Part shown: piece by piece, positions 12,552 to 24,486 of the stretch | Layout of the letters: the number at the start of each line of letters is the position of its first letter | How positions within the stretch are numbered: the first letter of the stretch is position 1 | From: Antedon mediterranea | Taxonomy: Eukaryota > Animalia > Echinodermata | DNA length: 64,000 nucleotides | Direction of reading: 5' to 3' | Assembly: GCF_964355755.1 (NCBI RefSeq) | Contig: NC_092671.1 | Span: 14,322,001 to 14,386,000 of the forward strand | Position numbers and translations under genes: made by a program | The notes under the pieces: model-generated | What the model saw: only the letters and a program-made list of their open reading frames with translations | Database searches by the model: none | Told to the model about the DNA's origin: nothing

Positions 12552-15500
12552 CTGCCAAAAAAGTTAAAGTGTTAACTTACATTGAACAATACCATCAAAG
12601 CGCAATATTTACTTGTAATAATTGAAATGGACCGAGATCTGCAAAATAACTACCGTACATTTAGAGAATTGCTGCTGACCGTTTCTCTGTATTTATGGCA
12701 AAACTTAGAAACGTTGGGAACAATATTATAAACTTACAATAACAATCAAATGGAATGCAGTAGGTTGTCGTAGCTCGTCTTGATTGTGACCAGTATGTTT
12801 TAGCAGCTTCAGATGGCAGAAGAGTGGTACAAATATACTGTAAGTGATTATTTGAACATTCTGCATGAGTAAGATCTAGGTAAACCTTCAAATCATTCAA
12901 GCTACTCAATTGGCCATCATTTACATCCAGCATTTTAGCTTCATTGGAAAGTTTTGCCTCTGTCAATGCGAATACACCGTTGCCGTATTCGTCAGGGGAG
13001 AGGAATACGACTACTTTGTATCGATCGGGTCCTGAGAGATTAATTACAGATGCTGCTCCCGAAGATGGAGTAAATGCTACATCAACGTTTACATTATGTA
13101 CTCCACCATCTTGAAGTGTACCAGCGCTTGTCATCTGAAGACCATTGACGTTTAGTTCAACTTGTGCTGTTGAAAATTATAAATACATTTATCAGCCGAT
13201 TCTCACGCCTACCCAACCTTGCATGGTACAAACAGCACATGTCATACACATGAGACGCTGTATTACGTAATTTGCCTATGATGATGGACAAATTAATATT
13301 TTTGATATGTTAAGATACAATACAAAAAAGTATTGCAAAAAACAAAACCACATCTTTTGAAATAGAAGAAAAACTTGATTTTGAATTATTATATATCCTA
13401 TAACGTTGAAAATGGAAAATATATTTAACAAAAACAAATGTCTATCTTTCTAGCTACTTACGGACGCAATACAGCCTGGTGCAGAATGTTCTTCTGGCTT
13501 GTGGAGATTGTGTCCAGAAAGCACGTGCAGCGGGCGATGGACCTACATCTGTACATACGAACGTGTACCTTTGTCCTGAACAATCAACATTTCTTAAATC
13601 GTACTCAACGTAGGCTTCAAAAAATACAAATTGTTCTTCGTCCACAATTGTTTGAGTCTATTAGAAATGTAATTGAAATGTTATTATAATGCAAACCATT
13701 TTGAAAAACCATATAAACAAGTTACTTCCTTCCCCCATTCACCTAAAATCTAAACCAACTGTATAAAATAGCTTCTTGAACAAAATTACTGTTTTGTCAT
13801 CCGTGTATTAATAATTGCATGTTCTACTAAAATACATTACCTGTGTTTCCTTATTCAAATTAGCTGTTATAGTTGCAATAGGTTCATTTCCTTGTTCATT
13901 TTCAGCTAGCCATGATGTTACTTGGTATCTCTCTAGATCTCCTAAGTTGTTGATGACATTAGCAGTACCAGTGCGTGGTAGAAGATACACGCACAGCAAC
14001 ACGCTGGCCCTATCACCACCGAATACGATGAGGCTCTTAGGTGCGTCAACACCAACCTCTACATCTATTGTTACGGATGCTAAAATAACCATAACATGTA
14101 TATAAATATTTTATCATGATAATAATGTTTTTAAAAGATTATAAGTTCATTATGTTGTACTCTTGAATATTAAGAGAGAGAAACTCAGTTTAATATGGTA
14201 AATGTAAACATCCACAGACGATTCCGATTGGAATGGATCAATACATCAATCATATCTAATTTGCGACTAAAGAGGTAAATATTTTAGTTAAAATAATTAC
14301 TGTACCTGCACAACCAATGACTGTACAACTTGTAGTGTTAGCGCTATCAGATTGTCTCCAGAAATCGGATCCAGCTGTCGATGGTGATAGAGTTGCACAT
14401 AAGTACTTGTATTTTCCACCAAAGCAACTCACTAATGACAGATCATAAGACGTGGAAATATCACTGAACGTTGAAGGTACTCCATCTTGAATGTCTTGTG
14501 CGCTTTGACTAGATGTCAATTGGACAGATGTAGATGCTGTTGGATTACTTCCAGTGGAGGATTCAGAGAGAAAAATGTCAACGTTGTACCTATCATCGCC
14601 AGCCGAGTTGACAGCCGACGCTGAACCATCAGCAGGTATAAAGGTCAAATCAAACTGAAGCTCTTGCGCTTGCTTGTCAACGAGGATCTTGTCAGTAGGA
14701 ATATCAATATTGATGGAATCAACATTCAGAGCAGTTATTGCTGAAACAATGATAATGATTTGCAACTTTATTCAATGCGATTTTTTAGTTTATGAAAGAC
14801 TATTACAAAAAGTATTTTTTAAGAATTTGAATAAGATAATATAAATGAAATTATGATGAAATGATATTTATAATATACTTACACGTGCATGTAATTGGCA
14901 CACATTCTTGAACGTCAGCGGCTGAAGATGCACACCATATGTTAGCGCATTGGTCAGATGGACCAAATGTCACACACAAATGAGATACACCACTAGAACA
15001 TTCAACATCGATTGCATTAATCTGGAATACTATTTCATAAAATCGAACAATCTGATTGTCCACGAGGTCGGTAGGTTCTTTTAAAATGCCAGTTGTGTAG
15101 GCTGTTGGATTACTTCCCTCACTGTCTGTAGCCAGGAATGAAGTCACACTATACCTGTCTGATCCACCACACGAATTAACCACTTGGGATGTACCCGTGC
15201 CTGGGAGGACGTACAAGCACAGCAAGAACAGGTTTTCTCTTCTTTCAACTAGACTACCGGTACGAGGAAAGTCAATCTTTGCCTGTACAGATAAGTCAAC
15301 GGATGCTGGAAGAAAGATATAGCAAGTAATAATTTTATTTGTATTTGATACCGTTGCTCTAAAGATAGAAGATATATGTTGTTTGATACATTACTTACAT
15401 TTACAATTAAACTGAGCACATCCAATACGTCGTGCTGAACTAGCTTGATCCCATGTTTGACGTCCCGCATCTGAAGGACCAAGATCAATGCAAATGTATT

Positions 15501-18500
15501 GTAATTGGTCTGCAAAGCAATCGACACCGTTAAAATCAATTTCAGCTTTAATATTTTTAAATGTCTGTTGGACATTGTCTTGAATATCAAGTCGTTGCTG
15601 TGCAGGTGTCAATTCTGTGTCACTGCTTCTGATTGGATTGTTTCCTTGAGCATCTGTCGAGAGGAAAACGATAATCTCATAGCGGTCATCACCAGCGCTG
15701 TTGACAACATCTGCGGAATCGTCAATAGGCGTAAATTGTACATCCAACTCTATGTTTCGGACTCCGTCATCTGAAATGACTGTATCTTGAGGCGTTTCGA
15801 TAGAAACTTGGTTTACATTAAGTTCAACCAGTACACCTGGAATAAAACAAAAACATGCCTTCAGGAATAAATAATTTTGTTGATACATTTATTAATATTC
15901 TATTAATATAAATGCTGGGTAATTTGTAATGGAACAGAGATTTCTATAAGACAGGACTGGATTTTAATCAAGTATGATCAAAATTGAACAAAAGATAAGG
16001 AATTATCAAAAATATTATTGATATTACTTACGTTCAACGATTACATTGAAATCACATTCTGCTGAGTTTCCGCTAGAATCGGTGGCAGTGCACACAACAC
16101 GCCTGACGCCAATAGTGAAGATTACTGGAGAGGTTACTGGCGATCCTCCAGAAGTGCAACGAATGGAAATGAGGGCACCGGAGTTATCCTGAACGTTTGG
16201 CAATGTGAATGTAACTGTTGCTGTTTCACCCCGTGCTTTTACTGTAATATCTGTCTGGCAGTTTGAAAGCACTGGCCTTTCTTTATCTAAAATTAGAAGA
16301 CACATTATCGAAAGGTTACATTATGAAAAAGTGGTCTTGGAAATCAAACCCAATCAGTCAGTTTGATTAGTCACTAAAGAATAAAAATAATAAACCAATA
16401 TACCTTGAATAGTTACAGTAAATGTGACTTCTTGTGTATTACCAGAGCTATCGGATGTTGAACATCTTACACTAGTTTCACCAAGAGGAAATGAGCTACT
16501 AGATGCAGGTTGGCAGATCACAGATAAACTCTCACCAGAATTATCGGTTGCAGTCGGTGTATCATACTGTACAGTTGCACTGTCCTGTCCTGGATCAGTG
16601 TTTTGAACGATGTCACTTGGTTGTGATATATTTGGTTTTTCATTGTCTACATTAAACATAATGAGAAAAGTTAAAAACAAATTTCTATAATATACGATTC
16701 TGAAAAAATAATTTCGAAAAAATATATTTACCAATAACTGTAACAGTAAATGTAACAGAGGCACTGTTGCCGCTGTCGTCAGTCGCTGTACAAGTAACTT
16801 GTGTGTCACCAAGTTGAAAAGCGATTCCTGATTGTGGCTGGCATTGAACTGTGGGTTGTATACCAGAATTATCAGTAGCATCTGGAATATTGTAAGACAC
16901 TACAGCAGTTGGTTGTTCAGGATCAGTGTTTACAAGGATGTCATCAGGTTGCTCAATGTTGGGCTTTTCAGGATCTAATAATATAAAAGATAAAATATCA
17001 AGATTATTCGATGTCTATGTACTTCAAGTCATAATCATTATGCTATAAAGAAACTTTAGAGACCTTTATAAGATTGTGTCTATATGATTCATTTAAATTT
17101 AAGTGGATTTTAAGAGAGGATAACAGACAATCTGCAACACAAATTGCGCTATTTATTTTTTAATAATATGAAATCTTACCGTTGACAGTTACAGTAAATG
17201 TGACTTCTTGTGTATTACCAGAGCTATCGGATGTTGAACATCTTACAATAGTTTCACCAAGAGGGAATGAGCTACCAGATGCAGGTTGGCAGATCACAGA
17301 TAAACTCTCACCAGAATTATCGGTTGCAGTCGGTGTATCATACTGTACAGTTGCTCTGTCCTGTCCTGGATCAGTGTTTTCAGTAATGTCGGTTGGTTGC
17401 GATAGTTGTGGCTTTTCATTGTCTGTATTTTGAAGTAAAGAGAGGATCATTATATTCAAAGGTGTATATTAATACTATTTGTATATATTCTATTTAGTTT
17501 ATAAAAATATACTTACCAATAACTGTAACAGTAAATGTAACAGAGGCACTGTTGCCGCTGTCGTCAGTTGCTGTACAAGTAACTGATGTGTCACCAAGTT
17601 GAAAAGCGGTTCCTGGTTGTGGCTGGCATTGAACTGTGGGTTGTATACCAGAATTATCAGTAGCATCTGGAATATTGTAAGAAACTACAGCAGTTGGTTG
17701 ACCGGGATCAGTATTTACAAGGATATCATCAGGTTGCTCAATGTTGGGCTTTTCAGCATCTAATAATGAAAAAGAGAAACACATAAAGAATATAGAAAGT
17801 TCTAACTAAAAACAATGATGAAAAAACGCAATTTGTTGACATCAATGATGTTTACATTACGTCATTGTTTAAGACTGAACACTTTAGAAATTATTGAATC
17901 AGTTATTTTCTAAAATATAATTACCATTGACGGTGATAACGAATGTACAGACTTCTTCATTTTGACTAGTGTCAGTCGCAGTACATCTTATAGTAGTTAC
18001 ACCCATTTTTACATTCATTGGCGAATCTTCAGAGCAATCAATCGTTACGTCTTTGAGTGAGTTATCTGTTGCAGAAGCTGGAGTAAACTGGACAGACGCT
18101 GTGCTACTTCCAAGATCTGTGGTCGTTGAAACATCTCCAGAGCAAGTCAGTTGTGGCTTCTCATCGTCTGTAAATATTGTAATTATTACATAATATACAA
18201 ATATACTAATACTTTACTTCCCATAAGCTAACAATTAAAACTGATTGTCTATTTTCATTACCTATAACTGTGACTTTAAAAGAGCAGATTTCTTCATTAC
18301 CACTTGCGTCTATGGCCTTACAAAAGACAGTAGTTTCACCCATGTCGCAGTCGAATGTCTCAGGATGATCACATGTGATTATAATACCAGCACTCCCAGT
18401 ATTATCAGTTGCCGTTGGAGGTATGAATGTGACACTTGCAGTGCTTTTACCAGGATCAGTTGTAGCCGATATATCAATTGTACAAGTTAAACTAGGCTTT

Positions 18501-21500
18501 TCATTATCTACAAAATATAGTAAGAATTTACAGATTCATATCCTGGAATTCGACCATAAAAGAAGCAAATACTTTATTCCAGTAGTAGAGAGGTGAGCAC
18601 CTTAAGCCATATAGAACACATTATATATAACTTTAGAAAAGATGGTGTTTGTGTATTCATTTATAATGTACTTTAATGGATTTTGAAAAAAGATTTGCAA
18701 CTAAAAATGTCCAATTCATAACAAAGCATCTTACCAATGATAGTTACAGTAAATGTGACTTCTTGTGTATTACCAGAGCTATCGGATGTTGAACATCTTA
18801 CAATAGTTTCACCAAGAGGGAATGAGCTACCAGATGCAGGTTGGCAGATCACAGATAAACTCTCACCAGAATTATCGGTTGCAGTCGGTGTATCATACTG
18901 TACAGTTGCTCTGTCCTGTCCTGGATCAGTGTTTTCAGTAATGTCGGTTGGTTGCGATAGTTGTGGCTTTTCATTGTCTGTATTTTGAAGTAAAGAGAGG
19001 ATCATTATATTCAAAGGTGTATATTAATACTATTTGTATATATTCTATTTAGTTTATAAAAATATACTTACCAATAACTGTAACAGTAAATGTAACAGAG
19101 GCACTGTTGCCGCTGTCGTCAGTTGCTGTACAAGTAACTGATGTGTCATCAAGTTGAAAAGTGGTTCCTGGTTGTGGCTGGCATTGAACTGTGGGTTGTA
19201 TACCAGAATTATCAGTAGCATCTGGAATATTGTAAGAAACTACAGCAGTTGGTTGACCGGGATCAGTATTTACAAGGATATCATCAGGTTGCTCAATGTT
19301 GGGCTTTTCAGCATCTAATAATAAAAAAGAGAAACACATAAAGAATATAGAAAGTTCTAACTAAAACCAATGATGAAAAAACGCAATTTGTTGACATCAA
19401 TGATGTTTACATTACGTCATTGTTTAAGACTGAACACTTTAGAAATTATTGAATCAGTTATTTTCTAAAATATAATTACCATTGACGGTGATAACGAATG
19501 TACAGACTTCTTCATTTTGACTAGTGTCAGTCGCAGTACATCTTATAGTAGTTACACCCATTTTTACATTCATTGGCGAATCTTCAGAGCAATTAATCGT
19601 TACGTCTTTGAGTGAGTTATCTGTTGCAGAAGCTGGAGTAAACTGGACAGACGCTGTGCTACTTCCAAGATCTGTGGTCGTTGAAACATCTCCAGAGCAA
19701 GTCAGTTGTGGCTTCTCATCGTCTGTAAATATTGTAATTATTACATAATATACAAATATACTAATACTTTACTTCACATAAGCTAACAATTAAAACTGAT
19801 TGTCTATTTTCATTACCTGTAACTGTGACTTTAAAAGAGCAGATTTCTTCATTACCACTTGCGTCTATGGCCTTACAAAAGACAGTAGTTTCACCCATGT
19901 CGCAGTCGAATGTCTCAGGATGATCACATGTGATTATAATACCAGCACTCCCAGTATTATCAGTTGCCGTTGGAGGTATGAATGTGACACTTGCAGTGCT
20001 TTTACCAGGATCAGTTGTAGCCGATATATCAATTGTACAAGTTAAACTAGGCTTTTCATTATCTACAAAATATAGTAAGAATTTACAGATTCATATCCTG
20101 GAATTTGACCATAAAAGAAGCAAATACTTTAATCCAGTAGTAGAGAGGTGAGCACTTTAAACCATATAGAACACATTATATATAACTTTATAAAAGAGGG
20201 TGTTTGTGTAATAATTTATATTGTACTTTAATAGATTTTGAAAAAAGATTTGCAACTAAAAATGTCCAATTCATAACAAAGCATCTTACCAATGATAGTT
20301 ACAGTAAATGTGACTTCTTGTGTATTACCAGAGCTATCGGATGTTGAACATCTTACAATAGTTTCACCAAGAGGGAATGAGCTACCAGATGCAGGTTGGC
20401 AGATCACAGATAAACTCTCACCAGAATTATCGGTTGCAGTCGGTGTATCATACTGTACAGTTGCTCTGTCCTGTCCTGGATCAGTGTTTTCAGTAATGTC
20501 GGTTGGTTGCGATAGTTGTGGCTTTTCATTGTCTGTATTTTGAAGTAAAGAGAGGATCATTATATTCAAAGGTATATATTAATATATATATAGTATACAT
20601 GTGATTTAGTTTATAAAAATATATTTACCAATAACTGTAACAGTAAATGTAACAGAGGCACTGTTGCCACTGTCGTCAGTCGCTGTACAAGTAACTGATG
20701 TGTCACCAAGTTGAAAAGCGGTTCCTGGTTGTGGCTGGCATTGAACTGTGGGTTGTATACCAGAATTATCAGTAGCATCTGGAATATTGTAAGAAACTAC
20801 AGCAGTTGGTTGACCGGGATCAGTATTTACAAGGATATCATCAGGTTGCTCAATGTTGGGCTTTTCAGCATCTAACAATGAAAAAGAGAAACACATAAAG
20901 AATATAGAAAGTTCTAACTAAAAACAATGATGAAAAAACGCAATTTCTTGACATCAATGATGCTTACATTACGTCATTGTTTAAGACTGAACACTTTAGA
21001 AATTATTGAATCAGTTATTTTCTAAAATATAATTACCATTGACGGTGATAACGAATGTACAGACTTCTTCATTTTGACTAGTGTCAGTCGCAGTACATCT
21101 TATAGTAGTTACACCCATTTTTACATTCATTGGCGAATCTTCAGAGCAATCAATCGTTACGTCTTTGAGTGAGTTATCTGTTGCAGAAGCTGGAGTAAAC
21201 TGGACAGACGCTGTGCTACTTCCAAGATCTGTGGTCGTTGAAACATCTCCAGAGCAAGTCAGTTGTGGCTTCTCATCGTCTGTAAATATTGTAATTATTA
21301 CATAATATACAAATATACTAATACTTTACTTCACATAAGCTAACAATTAAAACTGATTGTCTATTTTCATTACCTGTAACTGTGACTTTAAAAGAGCAGA
21401 TTTCTTCATTACCACTTGCGTCTATGGCCTTACAAAAGACAGTAGTTTCACCCATGTCGCAGTCGAATATCTCAGGATGATCACATGTGATTATAATACC

Positions 21501-23603
21501 AGCACTCCCAGCATTATCAGTTGCCGTTGGAGGTATGAATGTGACACTTGCAGTGCTTTTACCAGGATCAGTTGTAGCCGATATATCAATTGAACAGGTT
21601 AAACTAGGCTTTTCAATATCTACAAGTAAAATCATACAGTTTTATATCTTGGAATTCAACAACAAGAAAAGCAATACCTTGCCATAGATACATAATGTTG
21701 GAAAACGGTGTGTGGATGGATCTATTTTTTTTGTATCACCTTTCAAAAAAATACAAATTACTATATGATTACTAAATAACTTAATTTCATTTGGATATTT
21801 TTTTTATCCATTTAATAACTTTGTAATACGTATGTAGGCACGATTTGAAGTTTCTACGTTTCTAAGCAAATGTATACTCAGCAATTATTGCCCACCAATA
21901 TGTTTTCATTGTTTGTTGCATGTTATATTTTTATTAAAATCCTGTCGATACTAACCCTTTTCGCAAAATTGTCCAACAAATCCAGATGGACATTGACAGG
22001 TGAATGATTGGCAATCTTGTGATGGTATACAGGTTCCATCATTCCTACACGACCCTGTGGAGCAGGGATCGACCGCTGTAAAGTAAAATCAACAACGTAA
22101 CGAACTATATTTTACGGTACTATTATTGTAAATGCATGTAATAAAGTTAAAAAAAAACGTAGTTTGCACTTTCGATTTACCACATACCTTCTGAACATGT
22201 TTTACCACGAAAGCAAGAAGAACATTTGCACTTGAAATCTCCGTATCCGATTCGATAACATTGTCCACCATTTTCGCAAACACCACCGTCGCAAGGATCA
22301 ACTGAAAATTGAAACAATATATATCATTTCCTCAATGTTTGGCTGCTTAACCGTAATGAACGGTTAAAAAAACAACAATTTGAATATACACACCAATAGT
22401 TGGAATTACGTAAAATCTCCACATTCCGCTGGAGTACGGTCCTGTATAGTAGCCAAAGTAATGGATAGGAATTGGAACATCATCTTTCCAATCCAGGAGC
22501 GGATCTTCACCATCAACTCCAATGCGGATTTGACCGTTGTCATAGTCGATGTAGAATCGACGGAACTCCGTACTACTTATTATATTTGATACAATTGCAA
22601 TATCTTTGTGACAGTAGTCTTTACATCTATAAGATAATGATGTCTTCTAGTGAATTGCTCGTAAAATAAAGTAAAAATATCAACATCTCGACAAATATAT
22701 TTTTAAATATTGACATTCTAAAACTATATCATGTTTTTAAATTCCAATGTGTTGAGAAAGTGTATCCGAATGTTTATTAATGAAGATACACTTTTGGTAG
22801 TTTCGGTAATTTGAGTTTGAACACGTTACTTTAAAATAGATAATACATATGCCTATTATATTAGTCCAGCACAGACGTGTATACATACACGAGGTTTAAC
22901 ACTGTTAGTGAAGTCAAGATTAAATGGAAAATTATAAATACCTTCGTAAAAAGATTTTGTCTGGTTCGATGAGAATCTCATACTGTTCTTCTTGGTCATA
23001 AGTTGTTTCGCTGCTAAGGGTTATATGCACTCCTGAATCAGCTTTAACTTCAAACACTAGCCTACCACTTTGTTTCAATTCCTGTTCATAGTATTGATAT
23101 CTGGTATCTGGTCTAGTATTTGTTTCAAATATAGCGTAGCCTGAAAATGTAACGAACAAAATCACATATAGTACATTACTATGGAAATATAATAAAGAAC
23201 GCAAAGTAGGCCTATATTTAATAATACTATTATTGAATGTTTAATTATTGAATGTTTAAATATTACTTACTTCCTTCAAGATTGTTAATATCTGTGAATA
23301 AAGTAAAAATAAAAAATTAAGAAAAGTAAATAAATAAAACTAATATAAAGTTTACAATGTTTAAAAATAAAATAGTCGGTTTATTTTAACGGTTATCATG
23401 GTACATATACAATTCAATGGTTCTACTGTAGGGAAAAAAACTGTTCAAAATTAATTAGTGTTGAAATATAATAAATAACAATTATTCTACAAAAATGCAC
23501 TAAAGACTCTGTAACATGAGATATTATGCTAAAACTTACCTTGTGCTACAGTAGCATGCAATATGCAAAGCAACACCACCGATGAAACACTGTATACACC
23601 CAT
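9063..23603 (-). CDS. Large secreted modular protein, ~2490 aa, 32 coding exons: signal peptide - FAMeT (Methyltransf_FA) - EGFx2 - HYRx15 - unnamed Cys domain x5 - FAMeTx2 (hyalin-like extracellular/adhesive-type protein)
   Basis: Hand-spliced exons, all AG/GT and phase-consistent: 23540-23603, 23271-23291, 22942-23140, 22394-22626, 22188-22301, 21956-22075, 21374-21619, 21037-21279, 20629-20871, 20290-20532, 19817-20062, 19480-19722, 19072-19314, 18735-18977, 18262-18507, 17925-18167, 17517-17759, 17180-17422, 16732-16974, 16404-16646, 16032-16286, 15399-15836, 14883-15305, 14306-14740, 13841-14079, 13462-13657, 12738-13166, 12132-12551, 11874-11918, 11428-11522, 10814-11034, 9063-9177. The sum is 7473 nt = 2491 codons including TAG. 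Starts MGVYSVSSVVLLCILHATVAQ and ends GIWRFCN*. Confidence 0.88.
9434..10748 (-). mobile_element. Non-autonomous Helitron, copy 1 (in the last intron of gene 1)
   Basis: On the minus strand A|TCTATATAT...CTAG|T termini, no TSD, 3' hairpin tagatggtacgc...gcgtaccatcta; two more copies in the window. Confidence 0.85.
11185..11255 (+). mobile_element. L2-type 3' tail (LINE/SINE remnant)
   Basis: taagcgccttgagcac...gcgctttataaat followed by (tctta)n. Confidence 0.45.
11683..11850. mobile_element. Partial MITE related to 39294-39449
   Basis: taa|agcttggtttcca..aggacgcaa left end matches that family's TIR; right end degenerate. Confidence 0.5.
12738..15836 (-). CDS. Gene 1 five tandem copies of an unrecognised ~141-146-aa extracellular domain (exons 15399-15836, 14883-15305, 14306-14740, 13841-14079 plus 13462-13657, 12738-13166)
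   Basis: Shared motif G.DRY.V..FL(S/A)....G..P, then D...V.C.....(Y/H/F).C....PS......W..S......C....C; long open phase-consistent exons. Confidence 0.85.
16032..21619 (-). CDS. Gene 1 array of 15 HYR (hyalin repeat) domain exons, order C-D-A-B-C-D-A-B-C-D-A-B-A-B-E
   Basis: Each 243-255-nt phase-1 exon encodes D.EKP....P.DI...TDPG...A.V....P.ATDNSG...C...SG..F..G.T.V.C.A.D.SGN...F.VTV. Confidence 0.93.
17180..21619 (-). repeat. Intragenic tandem triplication of a ~1555-bp four-exon (HYR C-D-A-B) unit including introns
   Basis: Equivalent exon starts at 21619/20062/18507, 21279/19722/18167, 20871/19314/17759, 20532/18977/17422 (period 1555-1557); introns nearly identical. Confidence 0.95.
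21956..22301 (-). CDS. Gene 1 two EGF-like domain exons (22188-22301, 21956-22075)
   Basis: VDPCDGGVCENGGQC...FKCKC..CFRGKTC and VDPCSTGSCRNDGTC...FTCQCPSGFVGQFC; symmetrical phase-1 exons. Confidence 0.9.
22394..23140 (-). CDS. Gene 1 N-terminal FAMeT (farnesoic acid O-methyltransferase-like) domain, two exons 22942-23140 and 22394-22626
   Basis: Motifs FEVKA..VHITLS, YEILI, EFRRFYI.YDNG.I.IG, LLDWKD..P.PIHYFG, G.WRF. Confidence 0.85.
23271..23291 (-). CDS. Gene 1 21-nt micro-exon (DINNLEG)
   Basis: Polypyrimidine tract plus CAG acceptor, GTAAGT donor, phase 1 to 1. It is skippable without frameshift, so less certain. Confidence 0.6.
23540..23603 (-). CDS. Gene 1 exon 1: start codon and signal peptide MGVYSVSSVVLLCILHATVAQ
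   Basis: ATG at 23603, hydrophobic 21-aa leader ending in a plausible V-A/Q cleavage site, donor G|GTAAGT (phase 1). Confidence 0.85.
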
Positions 23604-23629
23604 GCTTATCGTCTTCCAGCAGTCTCACT

Positions 23630-23661
23630 AACTGAATTAACACACAAGCCCAACTTTTATA
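23630..23661 (-). promoter_or_regulatory. TATA box (TATAAAAG) and initiator (TCAGTT) core promoter of gene 1
   Basis: TATAAAA at 23661-23655 lies 28 nt upstream of the A of TCAGTT (23633), which is 30 nt before the ATG; canonical spacing. Confidence 0.7.
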
Positions 23662-23837
23662 CTCATTCCAACAATACAGAACAATACAGAACCACTCAGA
23701 ACAATAAACATCATGGCTTGAGTTTTTCAATAGTAAGATGTAGAGTGTCCTGAATGCAACATAATGTGCACATCACTTGAATGCATACATTTTGACTACC
23801 ATACGTGATTCAGTACTTCATTCTATTGTCTAAGTCT

Positions 23838-24486
23838 AAGTTTAAAGAACTGTTACCAACATATGTATAAGCCTGTTGACCGTGGGACAACAAGCTTTTC
23901 ACAGGATCCATATTTAAGATCATGAGTTACAGAATGTGCTAATAACGAATATAACTATTTTCTATTAACATTAATTTTTCACTCAAGGGCACGAGTTATT
24001 TATCCTTCGTAGAATTGAAGCAAAACCAGAATTAAAATAATCTAATTCTCAGAGGCCAATTTGCACAGACAAGCGGTAACGGTAAGCGGTAACGGTAAGC
24101 GGTAACGGTAATCGGAAAACCGCGCAGCTTGTCCCACGAGAATATGTATCTATCCTGAGCGGGTTTCCACGTTTTCGTCGCGTGTTGCGCAAATGGCCAT
24201 AAGAAATAACGATTTTTGTTTTCGCTTACCGTTACCGCTTACTGTTACCGCTTGTCCGTGTAAATTGGCCTCTGAGAATTAGATTATTTTAATTCTGGTT
24301 TTGCTTCAATTCTACGAAGGATAAATAACTCGTGCCCTTGAGTGAAAAATTAATGTTAATAGAAAATAGTTATATTCGTTATTAGCACATTCTGTAACTC
24401 ATGATCTTAAATATGGATCCTGTGAAAAGCTTGTTGTCCCACGATCAACAGGCTTATACATATGTTGGTAACAGTTCTTAAAACTT
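23838..24486. repeat. ~650-bp near-perfect palindrome (arms ~23838-24118 and ~24218-24486)
   Basis: aagtttaaagaactgttaccaacatatg... mirrors ...catatgttggtaacagttcttaaaactt with about 2 mismatches over the outer ~215 bp. Confidence 0.95.
24053..24271. mobile_element. MITE-like element at the palindrome centre (TIR aggccaatttgcacagacaagcggtaa, subterminal (gcggtaa/cggtaa)n repeats)
   Basis: GC-richer TIRs with short tandem subterminal repeats, resembling PIF/Harbinger-type MITEs; TSD not resolvable. Confidence 0.6.

Noticed and set aside
16424-21687. Plus-strand ORFs (MTSCVLPELS, MSVAVHLIV, MIIIPALP and others)
   Set aside because: Antisense shadows of the HYR exons
12132-23140. Methyltransferase enzyme activity implied by the FAMeT name
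   Set aside because: No SAM-binding motif is seen; the domain occurs here as a module in a secreted protein, so catalytic activity is unsupported
23536-23730. 64-aa ORF as first exon of gene 1
   Set aside because: Wrong frame and it spans the TATA box; the ATG at 23603 gives a signal peptide and the correct phase
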